Below, piece after piece: positions 1 to 8,657 of a stretch of DNA of 64,000 nt (positions within the stretch are counted from its first letter, which is position 1; each line of letters starts with the position of its first letter). Location of the stretch: contig CAVTJR010000003.1 of NCBI GenBank assembly GCA_963735115.1, positions 1,352,641 to 1,416,640 of the forward strand. The letters run 5' to 3'. The stretch is from an uncultured Actinomycetota bacterium. Lineage in GTDB: Bacteria > Actinomycetota > Acidimicrobiia > Acidimicrobiales > Bog-793. The translations under genes were made by a program, and so were the position numbers. The notes under the pieces are model-generated. The model was not told the DNA's origin, ran no database searches, and saw nothing but the letters and a program-made list of their open reading frames with translations.

Positions 1-1251
1 GAGGCCAAGGCCGGCAACGGCAGGCCCGACTCGGATACGCACCGTCGGTGGCGAGAGCACATTGGTGAGTCGGGGGAGGGTCGAGGAGCGTGGCCAGACC
101 GCTTCGGTGTTCCAGAGCCCGACGGGGATGACGGCGGCACCCGTGCTGGCGGCCAAACGGGCCGCTCCCGTCTTTCCCTTCAGCTCGGGTTCGAAGAAGG
201 CCTTTCCTCGCGGGATCGTCCCCTGCGGGAGCACGACGATGCCCTCGCCCGCTCGCAGTACGCGCTCGGCCGGCCCGAGCGAGCTGGCAGGGTCGCCGGC
301 TCGCTCGACCGAGATGCCTCCGAGCGCCCGGGCGATCTGGCCGACGATCGGGGCGTCGAACACCTCCTTCTTGCCGAGGAACCTCGTCGGCCGGCCCTTC
401 TTCTGAACGACGAGGGCTACTGCAGCGACGTCGAAATAGCTGCGATGGTTGGCGACGAGGATGAACCCCCCTGTGTCGGGGATGTTCTCGACACCGTCGA
501 TGTCGAAGCGGGCGTAGGGGAACAGCTCGGGGCGAACGACCACCTTGGCGGCGTCGAATGCCTCCATCCCGGCGAGCGTCGCCACGCCCGGCGGGACGTC
601 GAGGTGAAGCACGGGCCAGCGCCGCAAGGTGGCGAGGGCGTGCAGGGCAAGATCGGGGTTGACAGCAGAGGGGTGTCCGACGGCTGACAGCATTGGGAGG
701 TCGTTGATGCTGTCGGAGTAGGCGAAGCTCTCTGAGAGGTCGACGTCGTTGCGCTCAGCCCACTTCCGCAGCGCAGTCAGTTTCCCGAAACCCCACACGA
801 ACCCGCCGTCCAGCCTCCCCGTGTAGACACCGTCGGTCCACGCATAGCGGGTGGCGACGACGTCGTCCATGCCGAGCTGCTCGGCGAGGGGCCGAACCAG
901 GTCCTCGGGTGTCGTCGTGGCGAGCACGAGGACGTGACCCGCTCGCCGGTGCTCCTCTAGCAGCCCGGGTACGTAAGCGGCCAGGTCATTGATGAGCAGC
1001 TCGGCAGCCTTGCGTCCCGCCGCCCGCAAGCGGTCCACCGGCCAGCCCCGCACGGCGAGCGCCGCCGCCCGGACGAACGCCATGCCGAGCGGGTTCTCCC
1101 CGAACAATTCGTAGGACTTGTAGAGCAGCCCCTCTCCGGGGACCTTGGTGCTGCGGAGCCCGAGCTCGGTGAGAGCCTCGTTGATGAGCGGTCCGCTCGC
1201 GCCGCGCAACAGCGTGCGATCGAGGTCGAAGATGGCGGCGGTACGGCCCAT
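1..1251 (-). CDS. HAD-IB hydrolase / 1-acyl-sn-glycerol-3-phosphate acyltransferase (PlsC-like) fusion; 3' end runs off the window
   Basis: Absent from the ORF track because it has no stop in the window. My reverse translation from ATG (1251-1249) reads MGRTAAIFDLDRTLLRG (HAD motif I) ... GFILVANHRSYFD (acyltransferase HX4D) ... VVLPQGTIPRG, and stays open to position 1. Mycobacterial bifunctional PlsC has the same two-domain layout. Confidence 0.8.
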   Translation of the reverse strand, partial: MGRTAAIFDLDRTLLRGASGPLINEALTELGLRSTKVPGEGLLYKSYELFGENPLGMAFVRAAALAVRGWPVDRLRAAGRKAAELLINDLAAYVPGLLEEHRRAGHVLVLATTTPEDLVRPLAEQLGMDDVVATRYAWTDGVYTGRLDGGFVWGFGKLTALRKWAERNDVDLSESFAYSDSINDLPMLSAVGHPSAVNPDLALHALATLRRWPVLHLDVPPGVATLAGMEAFDAAKVVVRPELFPYARFDIDGVENIPDTGGFILVANHRSYFDVAAVALVVQKKGRPTRFLGKKEVFDAPIVGQIARALGGISVERAGDPASSLGPAERVLRAGEGIVVLPQGTIPRGKAFFEPELKGKTGAARLAASTGAAVIPVGLWNTEAVWPRSSTLPRLTNVLSPPTVRIRVGPAVAGLGL

Positions 1252-1286
1252 GATCACGACAGTAGTGGCCGACGCCGCGACACAAT

Positions 1287-1694
1287 GTGGCCATGGCACG
1301 GCAATTACCCGAGAAGGACGAGGCCGCTTCCGCCCGCCAGGAGCTTCGCCGGTTCGCCCGCTCTTTGCCGGAGAGCTACGAGGAGTTCCCCTGGGGCGAG
1401 GTCGTCGCCAAGGTCAACAAGAAGGTATTTGTCTTCCTCGGAGCCGAGCCGGGAACGCCGGATACACCCGCGCTTTCCTGCATGAGCCTCAAGCTCGACG
1501 AGTCCCGCGAAGCGGCGCTGGCGGTGGAGGGAGCCGAGCCGACGCATTACGGCCTCGGCAAGCATGGTTGGGTATCCGTGCCCTACTCGAGCCCCGGTGG
1601 TCCGCCCATTTCCGTGCTGAGCGACTGGATCGAGGAGAGCTACCGCTTAGTGGCTCCAAAACGCCTGGTCAAGCTGCTGGATACCCGCTCCTGA
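1287..1694 (+). CDS. MmcQ/YjbR family DNA-binding protein
   Basis: The 135-aa ORF carries family-typical segments: EEFPWGEVVAKVNKKVFVFLG ... GKHGWVSV ... WIEESYRLVAPK. Confidence 0.75.
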   Translation: MAMARQLPEKDEAASARQELRRFARSLPESYEEFPWGEVVAKVNKKVFVFLGAEPGTPDTPALSCMSLKLDESREAALAVEGAEPTHYGLGKHGWVSVPYSSPGGPPISVLSDWIEESYRLVAPKRLVKLLDTRS

Positions 1695-1868
1695 TCGAGC
1701 CCGGACGCGAAGAAGGGGCCGGCGGGGGGGGTGCCGACCCCTTCTCAAGACTCAGCAGGGTCGGAGGGGGGGTCCGACGTGATCCTGTGGTCTGTACGCC
1801 AACTAGTTTGCGCTTTCCTTCACAATCCGTCAAGGATATGAGGGCGATATCGAGTATCGTTTTTTCCG

Positions 1869-2831
1869 ATGGAACTTCGCCAACTCAACGCCCTCGTCGC
1901 AATCGCCGACCACGGTTCTTTCTCCGCCGCCGCGGACGCCTTGCTCACCGTGCAGTCGAATGTCTCGGCTCACATCAAGAAGTTGGAGCGCGAGCTCAAC
2001 ACGACCCTCATCGACCGCTCGACAGGAAGCCTGACGAGCACCGGTGACCTCGCCGTTGCCCGGGCGAGGCGGATCCAGGCCGAGATCGACGCCCTCGAGG
2101 CCGACGTCCGAGCCCTTCAGCATGAGGTCGCCGGCACCGTTCGCATCGGCATCATCGGGACCACCGCCCGCTGGCTCGTCCCGCAACTGCTCGATGTCGC
2201 CCCCGCGAGGTTTCCAGACCTTCGGCTCATCTTCGTCGAGTCGACGACGACGACCCTCGAGTCCCAGCTCGACAGCGGTTACGTCGACATCGCCGTCCTC
2301 AACCTGCCCCATACCTCCCACGATCTGTTGCTCACGCCGCTGTTCGAGGAGGAGCTCGTGCTCGTGACGTCTCTCGACCACCCACTGGCTGCGGCCAAGG
2401 AGATCAGCGTCCGCCAACTGCGCGACATTCCCATCCTGCTGCCTTATCGAGGAACGGCCTTCCGCCAGGAGCTCGACGATGCCGTCGCCCCGCTCGGCAT
2501 GACGCTCGTTCCTCGCGCCGAGGTCGACTCCACGCGGCTCATCGCCTCGCTCACCTTCGAAGGCTATGGCCCGGCGATCCTGCCGGCGACGGCGGTGCCC
2601 AAGTACTTGGAGGATCGCTGGGCGACGGTGCGGATTCGCGGAATCCCCCCGCGGATCGTCGGCGTGGCCCAGCGTCCCCGCACCCTGCCTTCGGCACCCG
2701 TACGAGCCGCCCTCGACATGCTCACCGAGCTCGTCTTCGACATCGGGGTGCTGCCCTGGGGGCTGCGCCCTGTGCCGCCGGATCGGGTCAGGCCCGGCTC
2801 GGTCAGCCCCCGCCCGGCTCCCGCCACATGA
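1869..2831 (+). CDS. LysR family transcriptional regulator
   Basis: N-terminal HTH MELRQLNALVAIADHGSFSAAADALLTVQSNVSAHIKKLEREL, followed by a LysR substrate-binding-type region. Confidence 0.9.
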   Translation: MELRQLNALVAIADHGSFSAAADALLTVQSNVSAHIKKLERELNTTLIDRSTGSLTSTGDLAVARARRIQAEIDALEADVRALQHEVAGTVRIGIIGTTARWLVPQLLDVAPARFPDLRLIFVESTTTTLESQLDSGYVDIAVLNLPHTSHDLLLTPLFEEELVLVTSLDHPLAAAKEISVRQLRDIPILLPYRGTAFRQELDDAVAPLGMTLVPRAEVDSTRLIASLTFEGYGPAILPATAVPKYLEDRWATVRIRGIPPRIVGVAQRPRTLPSAPVRAALDMLTELVFDIGVLPWGLRPVPPDRVRPGSVSPRPAPAT

Positions 2832-3420
2832 GCCAGAGTTTCGTCTCGGTCCGAGGGACGAGAACCTCCTCGACGATCTCGTAGCCGTGCTCGTGGTAGA
2901 AGGCAAGGTTCTCTTGCTTGGACGATTCGAGATAGCTCGGGATCGACTCGTTGTCGCATCGGCTGAGAACGACCCGCAACAGCGCAGATCCGTAGCCCTT
3001 CCGTTGCACGGCTGGATCTGTCCCGACGGTGCCGAGGTAGAAATGCGGCACGCGCGGATGGTGGGATTCGAGCACCTGCATGAGGCGGAGCGCCCTGCCG
3101 GTTCGGCGACCGAGGATGACAACCACCGGAAGTTGTGACACGCCTTCTGCCATCGAGGGCGGCCATTGGTTGGGCGGCACCCACAGCGAAGCTGCGTCAA
3201 GGCTCGGCGTCGTCCACGCCTCCCCCCTCGGAAGGAACATGGTCCGGATCTGAAAGCGGAAATAACGCTCGAGGCGCTTGATGCGGCGGTGATCTTCCGG
3301 GAAGAGATAGCGCGACACCGGGTCGTCGTAAAAGGCCCGCGCCAGCGACTCGCTCAGCTTCGAGATGTCAGCCGGCAGGACCGGACGCACCTCGACACCG
3401 GTAGCGGGGCGCTCAGCCAC
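2803..3420 (-). CDS. GNAT family N-acetyltransferase
   Basis: The acetyl-CoA motif region is VGTDPAVQRKGYGSALL and the C-terminal end is FYHEHGYEIV. The track ORF extends to 3627, but that stretch is Arg/Ser-rich and overlaps the next gene. GTG at 3420 (VAERPATGVEVRPVLPADI) is a more plausible start; the start remains uncertain. Confidence 0.75.
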   Translation of the reverse strand: MAERPATGVEVRPVLPADISKLSESLARAFYDDPVSRYLFPEDHRRIKRLERYFRFQIRTMFLPRGEAWTTPSLDAASLWVPPNQWPPSMAEGVSQLPVVVILGRRTGRALRLMQVLESHHPRVPHFYLGTVGTDPAVQRKGYGSALLRVVLSRCDNESIPSYLESSKQENLAFYHEHGYEIVEEVLVPRTETKLWLMWREPGGG

Positions 3421-3604
3421 CAGCCGGATCGTAGTGGCCTGCCCACTCCGAACCGAATTGAGTACCGTCCGGTGCCGGGAGCGCCGTCGGCCCTCCGACG
3501 GGGCGACTCTGTCCGGCTGTCGGCCGCCGTTGGAGGGCAGCACGAATCGTCCGATCCGGACGCCGGCTTGGAATCCCTTGGCCCGGCGTGGCGTTGACCT
3601 CGAC

Positions 3605-4228
3605 GTGACCGATACTTTGCCATCCATCGCCCGAGAGTTCTCCGTGACGTGGGACTACCGCTGCCCGTTCGCCCGTAACGCCCACGAGCATCTGCTCACC
3701 GCCATCGAAGCCGGGGCCCCTTACGACGTCACATTCGTTCCCTTCTCCCTCAACCAGATGCATCTCGAAGAGGGAGCACCACCTGTGTTCGACGACCCGA
3801 CGCGGCACCGGGATCTCCTCGCCATGCTCGTCGGGATCGTCGTACGTGACCGCCGACCGGAGCAATGGCTTGCGGTCCACCGGGGGCTCTTCGCCCTCCG
3901 CCACGACGAAGGACGTGACCTCCGCGAGGAGCCGGAGCTTCGCTCCGTCCTCGAGAGCAACGGTGTCGACGCCGACTCCGTCTTCGGGGAGATCGCCAGC
4001 GGGTGGCCGCTCGACACCTTCCGCAAGGAGCACGACGCCGCCGAACGCGAGCATGCTGTCTGGGGTGTACCTACGTTCATCGTCGGCAATCAGGCGGCTT
4101 TCGTCCGAATCATGACGAGACCAAACGGTGAGGCCGCGACTGCGCGGCGCACGATCGACCGCATCCTCGGCATGCTCGAGGAGTTCCCCGAGCTGAACGA
4201 GCTGAAGCACACGTCCATCCCGAACTGA
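3605..4228 (+). CDS. DsbA-like thioredoxin-fold oxidoreductase
   Basis: The WDYRCPFARN active-site-like region and ...HAVWGVPTFIV... are typical of the DsbA / 2-hydroxychromene-2-carboxylate isomerase family. The track ORF begins at 3365. I place the start at in-frame GTG 3605 (or 3644). Confidence 0.7.
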   Translation: MTDTLPSIAREFSVTWDYRCPFARNAHEHLLTAIEAGAPYDVTFVPFSLNQMHLEEGAPPVFDDPTRHRDLLAMLVGIVVRDRRPEQWLAVHRGLFALRHDEGRDLREEPELRSVLESNGVDADSVFGEIASGWPLDTFRKEHDAAEREHAVWGVPTFIVGNQAAFVRIMTRPNGEAATARRTIDRILGMLEEFPELNELKHTSIPN

Positions 4229-4246
4229 GCCGGCGAGGGCTCGACC

Positions 4247-4609
4247 GTGTCGCAGGAGGAGGTGGAGGGGTACCTGGCGGCGCTCGACGAGCCAGGGCAG
4301 TCGACGTTGCGCGCCCTGCGTCAGATCATCGTCGAGATCGTTCCAGAGGCTGAAGAGTGCATCTCATACGGCATGCCCGCCTTCAGGTTTCGAGGCAAAG
4401 TGATTGCCGGGTTCGCAGCGTTCAAGAACCACCTGAGCTACTTCCCTCATAGCGGGTCCGTGATCCCGCTACTCCACGATGACGTTGCTGGTTACGCGAC
4501 GTCGAAGGGGACCCTTCAGTTCCCGATTGATCGTCCCTTACCGAAGGCGCTCGTCGAGAAGCTTCTTGCCGTGCGCCTACGGCAGGCCTTTCCGGACGCT
4601 GAGCGTTAG
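4247..4609 (+). CDS. DUF1801 (YdhG-like) domain protein
   Basis: The 120-aa ORF shows ...ECISYGMPAFRFRGKVIAGFAAFKNHLSYFP...GTLQFPIDRPLP..., the characteristic DUF1801 pattern. Confidence 0.8.
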   Translation: MSQEEVEGYLAALDEPGQSTLRALRQIIVEIVPEAEECISYGMPAFRFRGKVIAGFAAFKNHLSYFPHSGSVIPLLHDDVAGYATSKGTLQFPIDRPLPKALVEKLLAVRLRQAFPDAER

Positions 4610-5064
4610 CTCACCGGAGGCGGCTGGCGGTCGGCTACGTGCGAGTCCAGAAACAGCGTCAGTATGCCCGCGCATTGGCGTCCGTATTCCGGAACGAGGT
4701 CAAAAGCGTGGGGCGGGCCGTCGAAGATATGGATCTCCGCAGGCGCCTGGTCGTGAAGGTAGCCGAGGGCGGTGTGGACGTCGTCGATCTGCGCCGGCCA
4801 CTTGGCCTCATCGGCCAGCCGATACTCGCACGCCAGGCAGGTATATCCACTTCGCCCAAGGGCGATGCAGTAGCCACGAAGCTGGCGTCGGTCGCCCTGC
4901 GCGAAACCGCCTCCATGAATGAGCAGCACGCCGGCGCCCTTGGGCGCGGGCGGACGGTACAGGTCAGCGCAGAGATCGCGTGTGCCGCCCCGGCCCACGG
5001 TGACCGTCTCGAATGGGACGCGCTCGGACACGGACGCCTTTCTTCTGTCCAACGCAACCATCAA
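4606..5064 (-). pseudogene. Alpha/beta hydrolase (HSL-type esterase) remnant with an internal deletion
   Basis: The 152-aa ORF keeps the oxyanion HGGGF motif and the C-terminal ...FDGPPHAFDL... His region. The segment that normally carries the GxSxG nucleophile is missing between ...LGYLHDQAPA and EIHIFDG. Confidence 0.45.
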
Positions 5065-5163
5065 TGCCTGGCTCCCGCGTAAAAGCCCGTGGCCCTGATC
5101 TCAGGCGGATCTACGTCCGGTCTACGTGGCGGCGATCCGGCGCTACCCTGCTACCTCTGCAGT

Positions 5164-5242
5164 GACGACGGCGGCGGTCTCAGACTCGACCGTCCGGTGC
5201 CATCCTGAGGCCGCCCGAGGCTGACTCCCGCCGCCGGTCGTC
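5164..5242. other. Long imperfect hairpin in the noncoding region downstream of recA
   Basis: GACGACGGCGGCGG (5164-5177) pairs with CCGCCGCCGGTCGTC (5228-5242), with one bulged C. The stem encloses about 50 nt. No ORF is present. Confidence 0.5.
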
Positions 5243-5395
5243 ATGCAACCGTAACATTATGCGCTCGTGTCCCCATAATTGGTAGGGAGATTGCGCCGCT
5301 TGCTCCCCAGGTGCTCTCCTCCGCGTCGCCGCGTCAGAGCGAGCTACAACCTTCGTCTCGTGCAGTCGGCGTTTGTGCGGCGGTCACCCGGAAGG

Positions 5396-5441
5396 CGGTG
5401 AGGCCAAACAGGCACGGCCTCCTGCCCGTTGGCCCTCACCG
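5396..5441 (-). terminator. Candidate recA terminator hairpin
   Basis: CGGTGAGGCCAA (5396-5407) pairs with TTGGCCCTCACCG (5429-5441), about 29 nt after the recA stop. There is no U-tract, which is common in high-GC actinobacteria. Confidence 0.35.
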
Positions 5442-5469
5442 ACAGCCGGGTCCCCACCAGATCCCACGA

Positions 5470-6528
5470 CTAGCCCAACGAGATGGGTGCGTCCTCGTCG
5501 AGCTCACCGTTGAACTCCTCGTCGGCCGAGATAATGGCCGGCTCGCCCTGCACGCCCACCATCTCCCGAACCCGCTGATCGAGCTCGATCATCATTTCGG
5601 GCGTCGAGCAGAGGAACTGCTTGGCGTTCTCCCTGCCCTGGCCGAGCTGCTCACCCTCGTAGGTGTACCAAGCGCCCGACTTCTTCACGATGCCGAAGTC
5701 GACCGAAACGTCGAGAATCGAACCTTCCCGGCTGATGCCCTTGCCGTACATGATGTCGAACTCTGCCGAACGGAACGGCGGAGCGCACTTGTTCTTCACG
5801 ACCTTCACCCGCGTGCGGTTGCCGGTCATCTCGGCACCGTCCTTGATGGACTCCACCCGGCGGATCTCGAGGCGGATGGACGAGTAGAACTTGAGCGCGC
5901 GGCCGCCTGTCGTGACTTCGGGCGACCCGTAGGAGATGCCGATCTTCTCTCGCAGCTGGTTGATGAAGATGGCGATCGTGTTCGACTTCGACAGCGTTCC
6001 GGTCAGCTTCCGCAGAGCTTGGGACATGAGGCGCGCCTGCAGGCCGACGTGGGTGTCACCCATTTCGCCTTCGATCTCTGCCCGAGGCGTCAGGGCTGCG
6101 ACCGAGTCGATCACCACGACGTCGATCGCACCCGATCGGATGAGCATGTCGGTGATCTCCAGGCCTTGCTCGCCCGTGTCCGGCTGAGAGATCAGGAGCT
6201 CGTCGATGTCGACGCCGAGTGCCTTGGCATAGACGGGATCCATGGCGTGCTCTGCATCGATGTAGGCGCAGATGCCACCGTTCCGCTGCGCCTCGGCGAC
6301 GACGTGGAGGGCGAGAGTGGACTTGCCTGATGACTCCGGGCCGAAGATCTCGACGATCCGGCCGCGAGGCAAGCCTCCGATCCCGAGGGCCAGGTCCAGT
6401 GCCATCGCCCCGGTCGAGATTGCCGCCACACCAACTCCGGCGTGCTCACCCATCCGCATGATGGACCCCTTACCGAACTGCTTTTCGATCTGGCCGAGTG
6501 CCATGTCGAGTGCTTTGTCACGCTCCAT
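5470..6528 (-). CDS. recA: Recombinase RecA
   Basis: The sequence reads [27 protein letters not shown]...[13 protein letters not shown] (Walker A)...[19 protein letters not shown].... The start ATG at 6528 is preceded by GGAGA. The track ORF (to 6720) includes a non-RecA leader. Confidence 0.97.
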   Translation of the reverse strand: MERDKALDMALGQIEKQFGKGSIMRMGEHAGVGVAAISTGAMALDLALGIGGLPRGRIVEIFGPESSGKSTLALHVVAEAQRNGGICAYIDAEHAMDPVYAKALGVDIDELLISQPDTGEQGLEITDMLIRSGAIDVVVIDSVAALTPRAEIEGEMGDTHVGLQARLMSQALRKLTGTLSKSNTIAIFINQLREKIGISYGSPEVTTGGRALKFYSSIRLEIRRVESIKDGAEMTGNRTRVKVVKNKCAPPFRSAEFDIMYGKGISREGSILDVSVDFGIVKKSGAWYTYEGEQLGQGRENAKQFLCSTPEMMIELDQRVREMVGVQGEPAIISADEEFNGELDEDAPISLG

Positions 6529-6677
6529 CGCCGTCAGTTCTCCTCTGTGCTCTACGTGTGGTCTCGGTCCGGTCCCGCTCTGTTCGGCTCCGGGCGATCC
6601 GATGTCCGGAACCATACGTATGGGGTGTGTCATTGCCCTCTGGCAGCTCCTCGAACGGTGCTCACAGCACTGTAGTT

Positions 6678-6692
6678 CCAAACACCTGTTCG
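6678..6692 (-). promoter_or_regulatory. Candidate LexA (SOS/Cheo-type) box
   Basis: The minus strand reads CGAACAGGTGTTTGG, against the Gram-positive/actinobacterial consensus CGAAC-N4-GTTCG. The left half is perfect and the right half matches 3 of 5. It lies about 150 nt upstream of recA in the recA/macro-domain divergent region. A TCGAAC half-site also sits at 6651-6656. Confidence 0.4.
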
Positions 6693-6761
6693 GTGGTGGA
6701 TTCCCCCCGACACCCCTCATACCTGTGCTGAGCAGGGCAAGCCGATTGTCCTGGGGATCGG

Positions 6762-7316
6762 GTGCTCGGCTGGATCGAGCCTTCGGGCAGAATGACGGCC
6801 GTGACGTCGCCGGAGAACTCGCTCCTGATCGTCCCTGTCCGGGGCGACATCACCGCCGAGGAGACCGACGTCGTCGTCAACGCCGCTAACTCGTCGCTCA
6901 TGGGGGGCGGCGGCGTGGACGGAGCCATCCACCGCGCGGCCGGCGCCGCTCAACTGCATGCCGCCTGCGCGGCCCTCGGTGGGTGCGCGACGGGTGAGGT
7001 GAAACTGACGGGGGGTTTCGCCTTGAAGGCGACGTGGATCGCTCATGCCGTCGGCCCCGTGTGGCGGGGCGGGGACCGGGGTGAGGCCGAGCTCCTCGCC
7101 AGCTGCTACCGGCGCAGCCTCGAGCTGGCCGACGAGGTCAGGGCGGTTTCGATCGCTTTCCCGGCCATCTCGACAGGCGCCTTCGGTTACCCGCCGCGCG
7201 AGGCGGCTCGCATCGCCGTCGACACCTTGCGCTCGACGCCGACGAACGTCAGGCTTGCTCGTCTCGTCGCCTTTGACTCGGAGACCTTCGCACTCTACGA
7301 AAGGCTGCTCGCATGA
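6762..7316 (+). CDS. Macro domain protein (O-acetyl-ADP-ribose deacetylase / YmdB-like)
   Basis: The sequence shows [34 protein letters not shown]...[14 protein letters not shown]. The start may instead be the ATG at 6792. Confidence 0.85.
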   Translation: MLGWIEPSGRMTAVTSPENSLLIVPVRGDITAEETDVVVNAANSSLMGGGGVDGAIHRAAGAAQLHAACAALGGCATGEVKLTGGFALKATWIAHAVGPVWRGGDRGEAELLASCYRRSLELADEVRAVSIAFPAISTGAFGYPPREAARIAVDTLRSTPTNVRLARLVAFDSETFALYERLLA

Positions 7317-7954
7317 CCTTGTCTGGTATCGAGATCGACCTGCTCGGCCAGACCCGCAAGGACTACGACGATGCCGGCATCGTCGGGGCACACGCGTTCC
7401 ACCACGACCCGTTCTTCGTGTTCCTCGGTCCCCGGCCGGTGCAGCGGGCGCGCGGCCTTTCGTTGTTCTGCCGGGCCTACGTCTCGGTGCTCGGTGATGC
7501 CGGCTACGTGCTCGGCGCCCGGCAGGCTGGCGGGCGGCTCGTCGGTGTGGCGGCGTGGGTGCGGCCGGGTCACTACCCCGTCCCGGTTTCGGCCCAGCTT
7601 CGGCAGATGGGAACTGCCGTCTGGGCGCTCTCCAGCCGGCCGAGGGCGCTCGTCGATGGGACGAAGTACCTGCGGGCGATCGACAAGGTCCATCCGAAGG
7701 AGCGGCTCTGGTACCTGCAGCTCCTCGTGGTCGATCCACCATTCCAGCGGCATGGCCTTGGCTCCCTCTTGCAACGCCCAGGGCTGGCGCGAGCCGACGA
7801 GGACGGCCTGGCGTGCTACGTCGAAACCCAGAACCCGGACAACCTGCCGTACTACCGGCGCTTCGGCTACGAGGTCGTGGAGGAGCTGAGACCTGTCAAG
7901 AACGGCCCGCCGCTGTGGACGATGCGGCGCGAGCCGCAGGACCCGGGAACCTGA
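7313..7954 (+). CDS. GNAT family N-acetyltransferase, paralogue of 2803-3420
   Basis: Motifs are [15 protein letters not shown] and [10 protein letters not shown]. The C-terminal end LWTMRREPQ parallels LWLMWREPG of the other GNAT. An ATGA start/stop overlap links it to the macro-domain gene. Confidence 0.85.
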   Translation: MTLSGIEIDLLGQTRKDYDDAGIVGAHAFHHDPFFVFLGPRPVQRARGLSLFCRAYVSVLGDAGYVLGARQAGGRLVGVAAWVRPGHYPVPVSAQLRQMGTAVWALSSRPRALVDGTKYLRAIDKVHPKERLWYLQLLVVDPPFQRHGLGSLLQRPGLARADEDGLACYVETQNPDNLPYYRRFGYEVVEELRPVKNGPPLWTMRREPQDPGT

Positions 7955-7968
7955 CACCCGGCGCCATC

Positions 7969-8565
7969 GTGACCGCTCCCCTGCTCGGCCGCCCGGAGGC
8001 GGCCATGCTGCTCGCCGTCGAGGGTGCCAACGGTGGCGAGCTGTCCGGTCTCGAACAGGTGCTCGTCGCTTTCGAGACTTTGTTCGACCGGCAGATGGAG
8101 CCGGAGGCCTACGCGCAGTCCTGCGCCTTGTTGTGCGAGGCGGGGCTCGTGGAGTTCGTCGAAGGGTGCCTCGGGCTCACGCCCGCGGGTCGCAAGCTCC
8201 TTCGCCGCACGGGTGTGCCTGGCAACCCGGGGCGGCCTCACAACGTCGCCGAGCAGCTCGCTCCCTTGGAGGAGCTCGATCTTGCCGGCGAGGGCTCGGT
8301 CCCCTCGCCCACGGTGGCGGCGTTCGAGGCGGCCGGCGCTGCTCTCAAATCGGACGGGGCAGCGGGCGACGCACCCTTGCTCGGCTCCGAGCTGGCGCCA
8401 CGGCCGCGGGGCATCCTCTCCGGCTACGGCGGGATCAACCAGGGGTCGACGCGGCGCTCGCCGCTCTTTCACGAGCACGACGCTCCTGTTCGGGACGCAC
8501 CCCGTGTCCGACCCGACGATTGGGACGAGCCGGAGCCGGGGCCGGGGCCGGGGCCGGACGGCTGA
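7969..8565 (+). CDS. Hypothetical protein
   Basis: This is the in-frame GTG start after the GNAT stop, inside track ORF 7555..8565. Composition is coding-like and the tail is acidic/Pro-Gly. I recognise no family. Confidence 0.4.
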   Translation: MTAPLLGRPEAAMLLAVEGANGGELSGLEQVLVAFETLFDRQMEPEAYAQSCALLCEAGLVEFVEGCLGLTPAGRKLLRRTGVPGNPGRPHNVAEQLAPLEELDLAGEGSVPSPTVAAFEAAGAALKSDGAAGDAPLLGSELAPRPRGILSGYGGINQGSTRRSPLFHEHDAPVRDAPRVRPDDWDEPEPGPGPGPDG

Positions 8566-8593
8566 GCCGGGAAGCTCAGACCGTTTCGCTCGA

Positions 8594-8643
8594 TTCTGGG
8601 TGGGTGAAAGGGACCGTCGCTGTCCCAAAGTGCGTCCAGAAGG
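8594..8643. repeat. 50-bp structured direct repeat, copy A
   Basis: TTCTGGGTGGGTGAAAGGGAccgtcgctgTCCCaaagTGCGTCCAGAAGG. It has nested inverted repeats (TTCTGG/CCAGAA and GGGAC/GTCCC). It ends 14 nt before the DUF559 gene stop. Confidence 0.9.
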
Positions 8644-8657
8644 CTGGCGATGACTCC

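Noticed and set aside
1830-3200. A 456-aa ORF on the - strand.
   Set aside because: It is antisense to the LysR regulator and overlaps the GNAT gene in another frame. It has no recognisable domain.
5311-6330. A 339-aa ORF on the + strand.
   Set aside because: It is antisense to recA.
6612-6623. The perfect 12-bp palindrome CCATACGTATGG in the recA leader, considered as a LexA site.
   Set aside because: It does not match the GAAC-N4-GTTC core. I keep it only as an unexplained palindrome, mentioned under the SOS-box finding.
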